A stretch of DNA of 63,770 nucleotides, the filler included, from Asterionella formosa (taxonomy: Eukaryota), in assembly GCA_002256025.1 (NCBI GenBank). It is 19 parts of 19 records of this genome, joined end to end, with 100 filler letters (N's around TTAATTAATTAA, not from the genome) between each part and the next. Parts side by side here need not be neighbours in the genome. Positions count along the whole stretch, not along the records: positions 23,161 to 24,414 come from NKIB01003390.1; positions 24,515 to 25,768 come from NKIB01003391.1; positions 25,869 to 46,196 come from NKIB01003392.1; 16 more parts are not named here. One strand, given 5' to 3'. A model generated the notes under the pieces. It made no database searches. It worked only from the letters and a program-made list of their open reading frames with translations, and had not been told where the DNA came from. Positions 23,161 through 33,134 of this stretch are shown piece by piece. Within the stretch, counting starts at the first letter, position 1. Each line of letters starts with the position of its first letter. Made by a program: the position numbers and the translations under genes.

Positions 23161-24099
23161 TCATTTGCTTGTTGGAATTGTCCGTTGCCTCAAACTTGCT
23201 TGGCGTGTGCGTGCACACACTGTCGACTTGTTTTCAATGGTATGTTGTTCTTTGTATTCACTGTTGAACTTGTCCGCATCTTTGTTAACATCAATAGAGC
23301 GACAAGTGGGTCTCTTCATTGTTGTTTGCTCCTGAAAAAGTCGGTGTCCGTGTCCGTGTCATCCTCATCAATAGAGAGACAAGTTCTTTCGTTGGAAAAA
23401 TTGGTACCGTTTCATCATTCGCTCGTTCGAACCACTGTCCGTTGCCTCAAACCTGATTAGCGTTTGAGTACTGGTACCCGGTATGTGCACTGTCGACTTT
23501 AGTACATTACAGGCGGAGTGACTTCGCTACTAAATTGCGTGATATAATAATATACCCTGTAGCACGATGCAGAATACAGTTGCTTCCCAATCATCTCATC
23601 ATGATTGATAAGATGATACTGTGATATCATGATAAGGTTACATCGATGCATACATCACCAAAGTATGATACGTAATATTGAATAAAAAATATCACAGAGC
23701 TATGATACATTGATAATAAAATTATGATGATTTTATAAAATGTTTATGATATAATTTTGATCAAAATATGATCATGTAAAAATAGTACAATGACAATAAA
23801 ATACGATAATATATGTGCGCAAGTGTTATCGATACATCACAGAATATAAATCAAGCAATCATTAAGTATGTTAATTAATATATGTGTTTGTCGTTTAATG
23901 TATACACTTAAAGTCAACACTTAATATGATAGTATTATACAGTGGATAGGATCTAAGTATACGGATGCGTTGATATGTACATCACTATAATATGATTTGT
24001 GACGTGATGGATTGATGCATATCACATACCGGTATCCTCAACAACCAGCCATCACGTTCATTGTTGTGTCGTCTTTCCTTGTTTTAGCTATATATATGC
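23161..24099 (-). repeat. Dispersed AT-rich repeat family (copy 1 of 3)
   Basis: The reverse complement matches about 62765-63693 and about 60896-61069 at high identity. Confidence 0.92.
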
Positions 24100-24414
24100 T
24101 CAGATCCGTTCTATTGCAAATCTTCCTTCAATTGGTCAAACTCGTCATCCTTGAGCATTTGCCTTCCAGTGGCATCGTAGGACTGAAGCGCGTCCAGAAA
24201 GATACGCTCCTTTTCGGCTACTGTGAGACGAATGAGTTCCCCACTTTCCGGATCGACGACACAGTATTCCTCGTCAGAACCACTTTCGTTTTTGCTTGAT
24301 TCCTATGGGGAAAGATGGAAGTAAGAATATTTATTTACTCATAAATAGTTACTAACAAAATGGTTATTTGTTTTTAATCAAGTACAGCCATTTGCAAATA
24401 ACCGGACGCTGGTG
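24100..24414 (-). pseudogene. PGRL1: PGRL1 (PGR5-like 1) pseudogene fragment retaining an intron
   Basis: The minus strand reads EEYCVVDPESG/(frameshift)LIRLTVAEKERIFLDALQSYDATGRQMLKDDEFDQLKEDLQ*NGSE, matching the PGRL1 FLxALQSxY...EFDxLKExLxWxGS motif. Trp is replaced by TAG at 24111-24113. Acceptor CCCATAG lies near 24303. Confidence 0.8.
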
Positions 24415-24514
24415 NNNNNNNNNNNNNNNNNNNNNNNNNNNNNNNNNNNNNNNNNNNNTTAATTAATTAANNNNNNNNNNNNNNNNNNNNNNNNNNNNNN
24501 NNNNNNNNNNNNNN

Positions 24515-25768
24515 TGCGATGTTGGAGTCATTCATGTCATGATGGCTGATCGAGTGCCCACATCAACTTACCGCTGTATAACTGACGAGACCCAGGAGGG
24601 TGATGGAGAATCGGAGATGGCATATTCTATTAACCTCCCGACAGCTTTTGTCGTTGGAAATAAGGAAAAGCTGGACACCGGCGTTTCTAGTATTTGCATC
24701 ATTGGTGGTTCTGCCATTTGTACAGCTTTTGGAAAACCAGACTACGTTATTATTCCACCAAATGCTGGAATTCACTTTGTTGCAAGTCTTTCCAATCGTG
24801 ACCGTCATTTAGCTCAAACAGGATCCCGATCAGTCCTTGTTGTTCGTGTCTCTGCCCCTTCATCCCTCCAATCCGCCACGTCTGCAAGCCTGGCAGGTGC
24901 AACCTTTGGTACTGGAGGTCGGCAGTTCTCTATGGCTTCCCAATACAGCTCATGCTCTGCTGGGAAACTGACATTTGTTGCTGCAAGTGGGTACCCAGAC
25001 AAGGTGACAAATGGAGTTATTGACTTAATACTTCCTGCAACCGTCAACGACATCAACATCTTTAACCTTGAAAACTCTATGATAAATTCGGTTAAGGATT
25101 CGCTTGGTGTTGCTGACCTCGGGAACACTTTCTCCAACATCATGTTTTGCATGCCATACGGCACGACTTACAATTCAGGCGGTTCGAAAAATTGGCTCGC
25201 CTTTGCATACGTACCAGGACAATATTCATATTATAACAATGGTGAGTGCAGTCTCAGTAATTCAAATATTCAGCATCTTCATTCAAAGGGCTTACCTATC
25301 CTCTTCTATTTCTCGACCTGTTATTGCAGGATGGTGTACGAGTCTCAGTGCAAAAATGCATGAAATCGGGTAAGTCCAAGGGTGCATATTATATATGAAG
25401 ATTTCTATCGCTCTTTTCTTCTTATTTCTCACTCTAATCCATTGCTAACAGACATAATTTAGGTCTTCAACACTCCAATGAGAATGGTATATCATACGAT
25501 GACCGGAGTTGCATGATGGGTTACTCCTACTCTGCTACTGGATCACCATTAATGTGCTTCAATGGACACAAGAACTATGTCCTTGGGTGGTATGCTGACA
25601 AACAAATCACTGTTAACCCAGCTACAAACGGAGCCTGGTCTGGCAAACTTGTGGGTTTCGTAGACTATGCCATTGCATCACCTACATCGCGCGAAGAATA
25701 TGTTCTGATCATTGTTGATCAACTTTACATTCAGTACAACCTTGCGACTGGATTTAACTTTCAAGTGC
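24515..25768 (+). CDS. Gametolysin / peptidase M11 metalloprotease (internal fragment, 2 introns)
   Basis: Removing introns 25242-25329 and 25370-25451 gives MHEIGHNLGLQHS (HExxHxxGxxH), the Met-turn SCMMGYS and CFNGHKNYVLGWY. Confidence 0.92.
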
Positions 25769-25868
25769 NNNNNNNNNNNNNNNNNNNNNNNNNNNNNNNN
25801 NNNNNNNNNNNNTTAATTAATTAANNNNNNNNNNNNNNNNNNNNNNNNNNNNNNNNNNNNNNNNNNNN

Positions 25869-25893
25869 GTAGTAGTAGTAGTAGTAGTAGTAG

Positions 25894-25966
<73 letters not shown>

Positions 25967-26312
25967 GGTTGTTGTTGTGGTTGTTGTTGTGGTTGTTTGT
26001 TGTTTGTTGGTTGTTGGTTGTTTGTTGGTTGTTGGTTGGTTGTTGGTTGGTTGTTGGTTGGTTGTTGGTTTTTTTTGTTGGTTGTTTGTTGGTTGTTTTT
26101 GTTTGTTGTTTGTTGGTTGTTTGGTGGTTGTGGTTGGTTGTTGTGGTTGGTTGTTGTGGTTGGTTGTTGTGGTTGGTTGTTGGTGGTTGGTGGTTAGTGG
26201 TATTTTGTTGGTGGCTGGAGGTATTTTGTTGGTGGTTGGTGATTGGTGTTTTTTTGTTGGTGGTTTTTGGTTGGTGGTTGGTCGTTGGTCTTTTGTTGTT
26301 GTTTTATTGGTT
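25869..26312. repeat. (GTA)n(GTT)n microsatellite grading into degenerate GTT/GGTT low-complexity sequence
   Basis: Seen directly at the contig start. Confidence 0.95.
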
Positions 26313-26379
26313 GTAGAGGAATCGTACAAATAAGGAATACGAATGTGCTGACATAGATAAATAATGACAGCATACAACA

Positions 26380-26560
26380 ATGGAAAAGGCAAACTCGCCA
26401 ACAGTGGCTTCAGTCATACTCTCATGTGTTATTGACGCTAATGGAGGTCGCAACATAGATATTGTTGATATCATCCCTGGAGCCTTCGTACAAGCTGAAT
26501 TGGAGGACTTGGTGCATGTGAAATTGGAAGGAAAGATGGCTGAGTTACTCACAAATCTGC
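26380..26560 (+). mobile_element. Degenerate Ty1/Copia reverse transcriptase fragment
   Basis: SPTVASVILSCVIDA...VDIIPGAFVQAELEDLVHVKLEGKMAELL matches the diatom Copia RT pattern SPT...D[IV]PGAF.QA. Confidence 0.8.
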
Positions 26561-26664
26561 CTTGCTCTTCTGAAAAGACTGAGAGCTCTCAATTGTGCCT
26601 TAAATATAAAATTGAAAATGAAAAATTAAAATGATTATTTCACGCATCAAATTAACCAACCCTT

Positions 26665-27579
26665 TTAGCTATCGTGATTGAAAAAAAAAGTCGAAGGAGT
26701 GCTTGCTTGAGCTGATCCAGATTGGCCAAGGCCTGGTACAATTTCATGGTAAAGCTCAGGAGGAAGAACTAACCGAAGCTCCTCTTCGATTGGAGGATGA
26801 TTACCAAACATGGCATCGAATTTGACGGCAAACTCATCTGCAATACCAAAATCTTGAGCAAGTAACTTGCCTGGGGAAGCGATTTTCTCATAGAAAACCC
26901 GAACAATCTCGTGTCGCATTCCAGGATCGATTCCTATCCCTTCGGTATTCTTATATACCTTCAACACACTCTGGTAGACCATTCTCTTGTTATTTCTTCT
27001 TTCTGTCCACAATCCTGGCACGCTCCAAAACTCAAGTCCTCGCCACGTGTGACCAGCGGCGATCCACAGCTTGAATATTTCCTCGTCTATTCGTCCGGGA
27101 TCAACCTGATTCATACGGGAATGATATATACGGTAGAAAACTTTGGCGTAATCAAAATAACTACGATTGCAAGTGTAAGATTCACGAATTGCCTTTGCAA
27201 TATACTTTGCGTTCTCCTTCATCATGAGGTACTCATCGTCTCGCCACCACATACTGGCCCTTTGTCCATCGCTAATATCCGACCAATGAATGACGAGAGG
27301 GTTGACTTCAGCTTCTTGTCCTTCTCTGAATCTTACTCTCTTTATTTTATTGATCTTATATTGCTTCATTGATGAGTCCGCCGTTGATAGGCACGATTGC
27401 GAAGCTACAACCACCTTGCTTTTTTCACATGAATCAGGTAAGTTTTCTACCTCCTCGGCTTTATTGAAGTGTGTCGTGTTCATACTGTATGTTGTAACTA
27501 TTTCCTCGCTCTGCTCATTCAGAACGATTTCTGACAGCTTCTTGGTAATTAAGCGTTGTTTGGAGAGGTGTGTTGCCAA
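26665..27579 (-). CDS. Diatom-type hypothetical protein with RVxF and RGLE motifs (304 aa)
   Basis: KRVRF...MWWRDDEY...WRGLE...SVLKV; intact intronless ORF. Confidence 0.75.
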   Translation of the reverse strand: MATHLSKQRLITKKLSEIVLNEQSEEIVTTYSMNTTHFNKAEEVENLPDSCEKSKVVVASQSCLSTADSSMKQYKINKIKRVRFREGQEAEVNPLVIHWSDISDGQRASMWWRDDEYLMMKENAKYIAKAIRESYTCNRSYFDYAKVFYRIYHSRMNQVDPGRIDEEIFKLWIAAGHTWRGLEFWSVPGLWTERRNNKRMVYQSVLKVYKNTEGIGIDPGMRHEIVRVFYEKIASPGKLLAQDFGIADEFAVKFDAMFGNHPPIEEELRLVLPPELYHEIVPGLGQSGSAQASTPSTFFFNHDS

Positions 27580-27896
27580 TAAAGTGCTGATGAAGGAAAA
27601 TACAGTAGTGTTGGTGCTAAAATCTTTGCATTGATTTTCTTTTTTTTGTTCCGAGCGACTGGTCGTCTAATTTTATGTAATGTACATACCGCAACATCTA
27701 TGTATAATCAGGAGTATATAATGTGTGTAGGGAGCGGACAAATATATCAAAAAGCAGCCTGCATCGCTTGGGATCGCTTTTTGTTTCCACCACGAAATTC
27801 TTATTACACTTACCCGCGGTACCAGGTTCCCGGCAGTCGAACTGGATTGTACTGGTACCAGGTAGTATATGCCAGATAAGGTTACTCAAAGTAATA

Positions 27897-28022
27897 GCAA
27901 GTTGCGGTCATTTTCCTTAAATAAACAATTGCCGCAACTTTTGGGCATTTTGCTTAAATAAACAACTTAATATAAGATAAAGATAGCTAAGTTTATCACC
28001 GAAGCACAGTTACCGCAACTTT
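27897..28022 (-). repeat. Short MITE-like element; inverted homolog at about 40620-40727
   Basis: Ends AAGTTGCGGT...ACCGCAACTT. The reverse complement AAGTTGCGGTAACTGTGCTT..TTAGCTATCTTTATCTTATATTAAGTTG aligns to 40638-40700. Confidence 0.6.
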
Positions 28023-28741
28023 CAGTACCAGGTACCTCGTACCAGTTATCAAATGATCTGATTCATGTCCCATAACGGTACTGTACTTATAAATATTCCC
28101 CGAAATGTCCTACCGGTATGAAGAGCAAATTGTGTGCTTCGGGTGTGGTGTGAATTTCATATTCGTAACAATTTTATCATACGTATTTTTGCAACAATTT
28201 TATCATAGGCACTTGAAGCAACAATTTTATCATATTAACTTGTAGTTTTGATCCCTTAAAAATGAGTCACACACACCGGTACTTGAATCATTAATGGTGC
28301 TACAAAGAGAAGCACTTCATGTGCATTGGTGGAATGGCTGGCGTTTAAATTGATTTCTTTTCGCAAAACATTTGGACAGCTGTTGTACCAGGTACCCGGT
28401 AGTTAAGTATCAGTATCATGCCTAGAATTCTATCTGAGTACCTGGTACCAGTATCGTTTCATGATGCCATAAAATGGAGCAACACATATTTTGACTTATG
28501 AATAGTGCTACAAAGGGAAGCGATTCATGTACCTTAGTTGAATGGCAGGTGCTTATAATGTCTATCTTTTCGCCATGTGGTCGTTCAGTGTGGTTTTCAT
28601 CTTGGATTCCACTTGATATCATTGATTGCATCATGTGCGAATTGATTACAATCATGATTCAGTATTACTAAAAGGATAAAGATTGGTACCTGCTGGTGGT
28701 AGACTAATATTACTTTGTCTTCGCATTATGTCTAGGAAATT

Positions 28742-29809
28742 CTAATTATAGCCCAACTCATCATTGATTTGAGCTATACACGCCAGCGCTGCTTCATGTG
28801 TGTTGCCTTGCGGCACCACTGGTAGGTAGTTGTATTGATGAATCCACATTTGTGTAATCCACTTTTCATCCATTGCAACCTCCCCTTTATGCAATGTGCG
28901 ATCGTCAGGTCGGCCATCCTTAAATGCCGGAAAGAACAACAAGGCTGAACCCTTTTTGGGTTTCATAGTGAGCAGTTGACCGTCGGCATCCTTGAGATCT
29001 CGGAATATGGTCCCCCCACCTCGTGAGACATTATTGAGATATACCAACAATGTCATAACTCTCTGGCCACCATTCTTCAATTGAGCCGGAGGAACTTCAT
29101 CGTAGTGCCACGAGAATTCTTCTCCAGTTCTATATCGAACAATTTGAGGTTCTTCCATTTGCTTGATAGGAATTCCAAGAACTTTATGTGCTTTCGCCAA
29201 GAGGGTTGGCATTTGCTCATAGAAACAAAACCACGATGTCGATGTCCGCTTGGACTGTGCTAGAGGCGAGAAAGTTGCCGAATCCACTTGCAGACTATCG
29301 CTGGCGCATTGTGTGACGCCCTGCACATAAGCGCATTCGTCGTCTGAAAAGAAATGGTCAATGGCCAGAACTGGAGGCGATTGATGTAGCATACGAATCG
29401 TCATTGGTTTTCTTCCTGGTGAAGGATGTTTCTCGGCTCCATTATCATCAAATCTATCTAGCGTCAATGGTACATGATCCCTCAACGCATTTTCAATCGC
29501 TTGTTTGGTAGTTTGTGATGGAGCTGAAATCAATTCAGTGCCTGGAGGCATGTACGGAAATATATCTTCTTCTGTCGGCGGTGGCAGACCCCACTTGTCT
29601 AGCTTGGTTTCGGCTTTTTCGGAAGATCTTGGCGATAGATTCTCCATTTCTGACAAGCCCCTCTTCTTTCGCTTGGGTTTGCTTGGACTTTTGGACGACG
29701 CTCCAAATCCACCAGAAAATGCGATCTGACGGTGTGGATGGGAACCATTGACCTCGCATAGTATCAACAACATCATGGATATTCCTTTTAAAATGCGTGA
29801 CTTCATCAT
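28742..29809 (-). CDS. Prolyl 4-hydroxylase-like 2OG-Fe(II) oxygenase with signal/targeting peptide
   Basis: EPQIVRY...WHYDE (HxD), GQRVMTLLVYLN, GGGTIF, TLHKG (distal His) and KWITQMWIH. Confidence 0.9.
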   Translation of the reverse strand: MMKSRILKGISMMLLILCEVNGSHPHRQIAFSGGFGASSKSPSKPKRKKRGLSEMENLSPRSSEKAETKLDKWGLPPPTEEDIFPYMPPGTELISAPSQTTKQAIENALRDHVPLTLDRFDDNGAEKHPSPGRKPMTIRMLHQSPPVLAIDHFFSDDECAYVQGVTQCASDSLQVDSATFSPLAQSKRTSTSWFCFYEQMPTLLAKAHKVLGIPIKQMEEPQIVRYRTGEEFSWHYDEVPPAQLKNGGQRVMTLLVYLNNVSRGGGTIFRDLKDADGQLLTMKPKKGSALLFFPAFKDGRPDDRTLHKGEVAMDEKWITQMWIHQYNYLPVVPQGNTHEAALACIAQINDELGYN

Positions 29810-30989
29810 GCGGGCGATGTATAGAGAATGGAATGCAAAGGGAAGGATGAAACCATTGGGTTGAAAGAGAAGAAATATTTGAGTTTCTGATCCATCATAC
29901 CGTACGTACCGTACCAGGTAGTATTTTCGTCAGAGTAAAATTCATGAACTCTTGTGTATCCAAGAGTCTGTTGTTGGTACCTGGTACCAGGTGAAAGGTA
30001 CCAGGTAGTATTCTTCACTTACCGGTATTATTCGACAGAAAAATCTAGCAGACTACCGGTAGCTATGTACCCGCATATGTACCGGTATACACCGGTACCA
30101 GGTACCGGTAGTGGAAGTTACCGTAGTGCACTACCGGTAGTAATTAATTAGCACCGTGTATAAAGCTAGCAGTAGAAAGGGAAGAGTATACTGGTATATA
30201 GCTTACGACTGATGCATTGGGCACGACAACCAGGTATGGTACCAGGGTACCGTAATCATTACATTACACTCTGAAAATTGACAAAATACCGATAATTGCT
30301 ACATAGTGTAAATATTCTGAGGATGTGATTACTGCATGGTAATGGCAAGTCTTGAGGCATCTTAACTGGGGGTGCAAGAACATGTACTGGTAGGCTACCA
30401 TTACTCTTTAACAAACTATACATAGTGCAACAGCAAATCTTTAAACACCAATGTCAATGTAATATCACGAATATCAATGTAATATCATGCATCCTCATAG
30501 CCTTCTCACAGTGTAAATAAATATATGAGCATGCATTCTGATTTTTGAAAATGACCTAATTTGATTTAACCCCATTGGATGGTGTAGGCCTCGTCCAAAG
30601 TATATCAGCAATATCCAACTCATCGTCAGAATTGAAATTTACGCTCTTATATTGCGAAGGTGGCAAAAACGAGAGAACAAACAGCATATGACTGTGAATT
30701 TCAGGAAATCATTATGAATTTCAGGATAAATAAGTAAACATTAGGAAATGTGTCAGGAGATGTCAGCAAATTTCAGGAAATGCATGGAATTTCCTGAAGT
30801 CTCAAAAACTTGCTTTAGTGAAAAAACCACCTACCCTTCATTCTAGATTAAAAGTACTGGTAATGGTTACCGGTAGGATCAATTGAAATACCGGTGGCGG
30901 TGTTACTAAGTGATTGTAAATATATAAATACGGTATTTATTATTACCGGTACCCTGGTACTGCCTACCGAATACTAATCTTTTATTTCC

Positions 30990-32711
30990 ATGTTGGATTG
31001 CAATGAAATCCGACTTATTTGGCATCGACGAGATTTGAGATTGCATGACAATCCCCTGTACAGCAGTGACAACGAGCAGCACAGAACAAAGAGTCTTATA
31101 CTGTCGGTGTACATTTTCGATGCCGCATTTTTCCGACCAAGGCCATCCATCTCTACATCATGTGATGCATGGAATACTGTCGACGTTGGCCCCCATGCAG
31201 CCAGGGTCTTACTAGAGACAGTCTCTGACCTTCGAAAAAATCTCCGATCCAAAGGAAGCGAATTACTTATCCGATACGGCGATCCATTGGAGATACTACC
31301 CAAGCTAGCAGCTGCCATTGGAGCGAAGGAAGTGTGCTGGAGCGAGGAACCAGGAGTGTACGAAGCCAGGTTATCAAGAAAGCTGCAACTAAAGTTGAAG
31401 GATCAAGTGCTAGTTAGTACCTATTGCACATACACACTGTATCACCCAGATGATTTGCCTCGAGGTTCGAATGAATGGGCCCAACTAGCTCACCCAAAGC
31501 AAAAACGATCTAAGAAGCCGGGGATGGGAAAACCACCTCAAGGCACCCAAAAACATAACAACAACACGGAGGGGCCAACAGTCGTTGCCAAACCAGTACA
31601 GGTTCAATATGTAGTTGATGTATCAACAGAAAGGTTCAATGGCGCTCCAAAAGTCATGGGTGACTTTCGTCGAGCATGTCGAACATTTAAACCCTTACGT
31701 CCGAGTCTACCATCTCCAAGCACTTTGGAAAAGCCAGACATTCCCGAGCATATTGAAATCGGAGATTTACCATCCCTGTATGACTTAGTACGACCGCTTT
31801 TGGATTCAAAAATTCCCATACTTGGCATGCGTCAGGACATAATACACGAAATCGTGGCATCTGCTCAAAGGCTGTCCGAGTCAACAGATCCTTGGATATC
31901 ACGAGGAGGAGAAAGTCAAGCCATCCATCGACTTGATCATTTTGTCAACCACGGACACGCAAAAAGCGCCGATCGAAGCTTAGCCGAAGTTCAAGGAAAT
32001 GGAAGTTCCAAGCTATCTGTTCATCTTGCCATGGGATCAATATCACCACGCCTTATTACAGAAATGGCCAAGAAAGCGGGAGATGACTGCTCATGGCTCA
32101 TTAGTCATTTGGAAATGAGAGATTTTTTCTTGTACTCTGCCATAATTTATGGCCACCGTCTATTTCACATTGACGGCATGCCTGTGAATAAGAAAGCAGC
32201 AGGTTGTCTACAATGGAATTCTCCAACGTCCAACCCTTGCATCAAAGACCACTGGCAACGCTGGGCATTGGGACATACAGGCCTTCCCCTTATTGATGCA
32301 GCAATGTCAGAGCTCCGAGCCACGGGATATTGCTCCAATCGAGTGAGACAAAATGCAGCTAGTGTATTGACCAAAGACCTTGGCATTGATTGGAGAGCTG
32401 GAGCAGAGTGGTATCAACTTTTGTTGGAAGATCATTGCGTTGGTGCGAATTGGGGCAACTGGATGTATTTTGCTGGTGTCGGTAGTGATCCCAAGCATCG
32501 GCATTTTCGAACTGTGTCCCAAGCTAGGCGGTACGATCCCCATGGATCCTATGTGAGCAAGTGGATACCTAGATTGGCTTTGGAAGCCGATATTGAGGTG
32601 AAACTGCGACCTTGGAACTTTCTCGATGATTGGGGCGATGTAATTGTTGACCCAATGACCCAATACACATGGCACGATCTTCAGAAACTTGATGGTGATA
32701 AAGCCATCTAG
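30990..32711 (+). CDS. Cryptochrome/photolyase family protein, CRY-DASH-like (573 aa)
   Basis: WHRRDLRLHDNP, GGESQA, SSKLSVHLAMGSISPR, SNRVRQNAASVLTKDLGIDWRAGAEWY, ANWGNWMYFAGVGSDP and QARRYDP. Confidence 0.93.
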   Translation: MLDCNEIRLIWHRRDLRLHDNPLYSSDNEQHRTKSLILSVYIFDAAFFRPRPSISTSCDAWNTVDVGPHAARVLLETVSDLRKNLRSKGSELLIRYGDPLEILPKLAAAIGAKEVCWSEEPGVYEARLSRKLQLKLKDQVLVSTYCTYTLYHPDDLPRGSNEWAQLAHPKQKRSKKPGMGKPPQGTQKHNNNTEGPTVVAKPVQVQYVVDVSTERFNGAPKVMGDFRRACRTFKPLRPSLPSPSTLEKPDIPEHIEIGDLPSLYDLVRPLLDSKIPILGMRQDIIHEIVASAQRLSESTDPWISRGGESQAIHRLDHFVNHGHAKSADRSLAEVQGNGSSKLSVHLAMGSISPRLITEMAKKAGDDCSWLISHLEMRDFFLYSAIIYGHRLFHIDGMPVNKKAAGCLQWNSPTSNPCIKDHWQRWALGHTGLPLIDAAMSELRATGYCSNRVRQNAASVLTKDLGIDWRAGAEWYQLLLEDHCVGANWGNWMYFAGVGSDPKHRHFRTVSQARRYDPHGSYVSKWIPRLALEADIEVKLRPWNFLDDWGDVIVDPMTQYTWHDLQKLDGDKAI

Positions 32712-33134
32712 ACCCACAATGAAAGGGACCATCGATTTAGGAATCACCATTTATATAGTTGTGTGGAATAATTGTTTCCAAGTGATTTTAAATTACCTCG
32801 CCAAGTATCGCTCACAATTATTTTGAGGCATACTGTAAATACGGTCAAGATGGACCATGACAAATATTTTTTGTTTTTTATTGCCTTGAATGAAATCTCC
32901 ACTCAAAAGAATATCGGTATTGCATCAATACAGCGTTTCAAATACGGTTGATGTACTCTCTAAATGGCAGCTCTATTTTATTTGTTTGCAAATTTTAGGA
33001 GGTTGGTCACCCCCACCCCCTTCCCCTTCTTGATGAACAAAAAAGTGGTCTTAGACCAAAAAGGGCGGCGCCGCCGATAGGGTGCAGTATTATTTAATAG
33101 CGCCGCATATTTTCTCCATCTACGTTTTGAATCA

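Noticed and set aside
25869..26312. Telomere, or Thr/Leu/Val-rich proteins
   Set aside because: There is no fixed telomeric unit and the G/T-rich strand has the wrong polarity for a left end. The ORFs are translations of a microsatellite.
30695..30800. Repeated TCAGGAAAT motifs as a transposon end
   Set aside because: No TIR partner or TSD could be identified.
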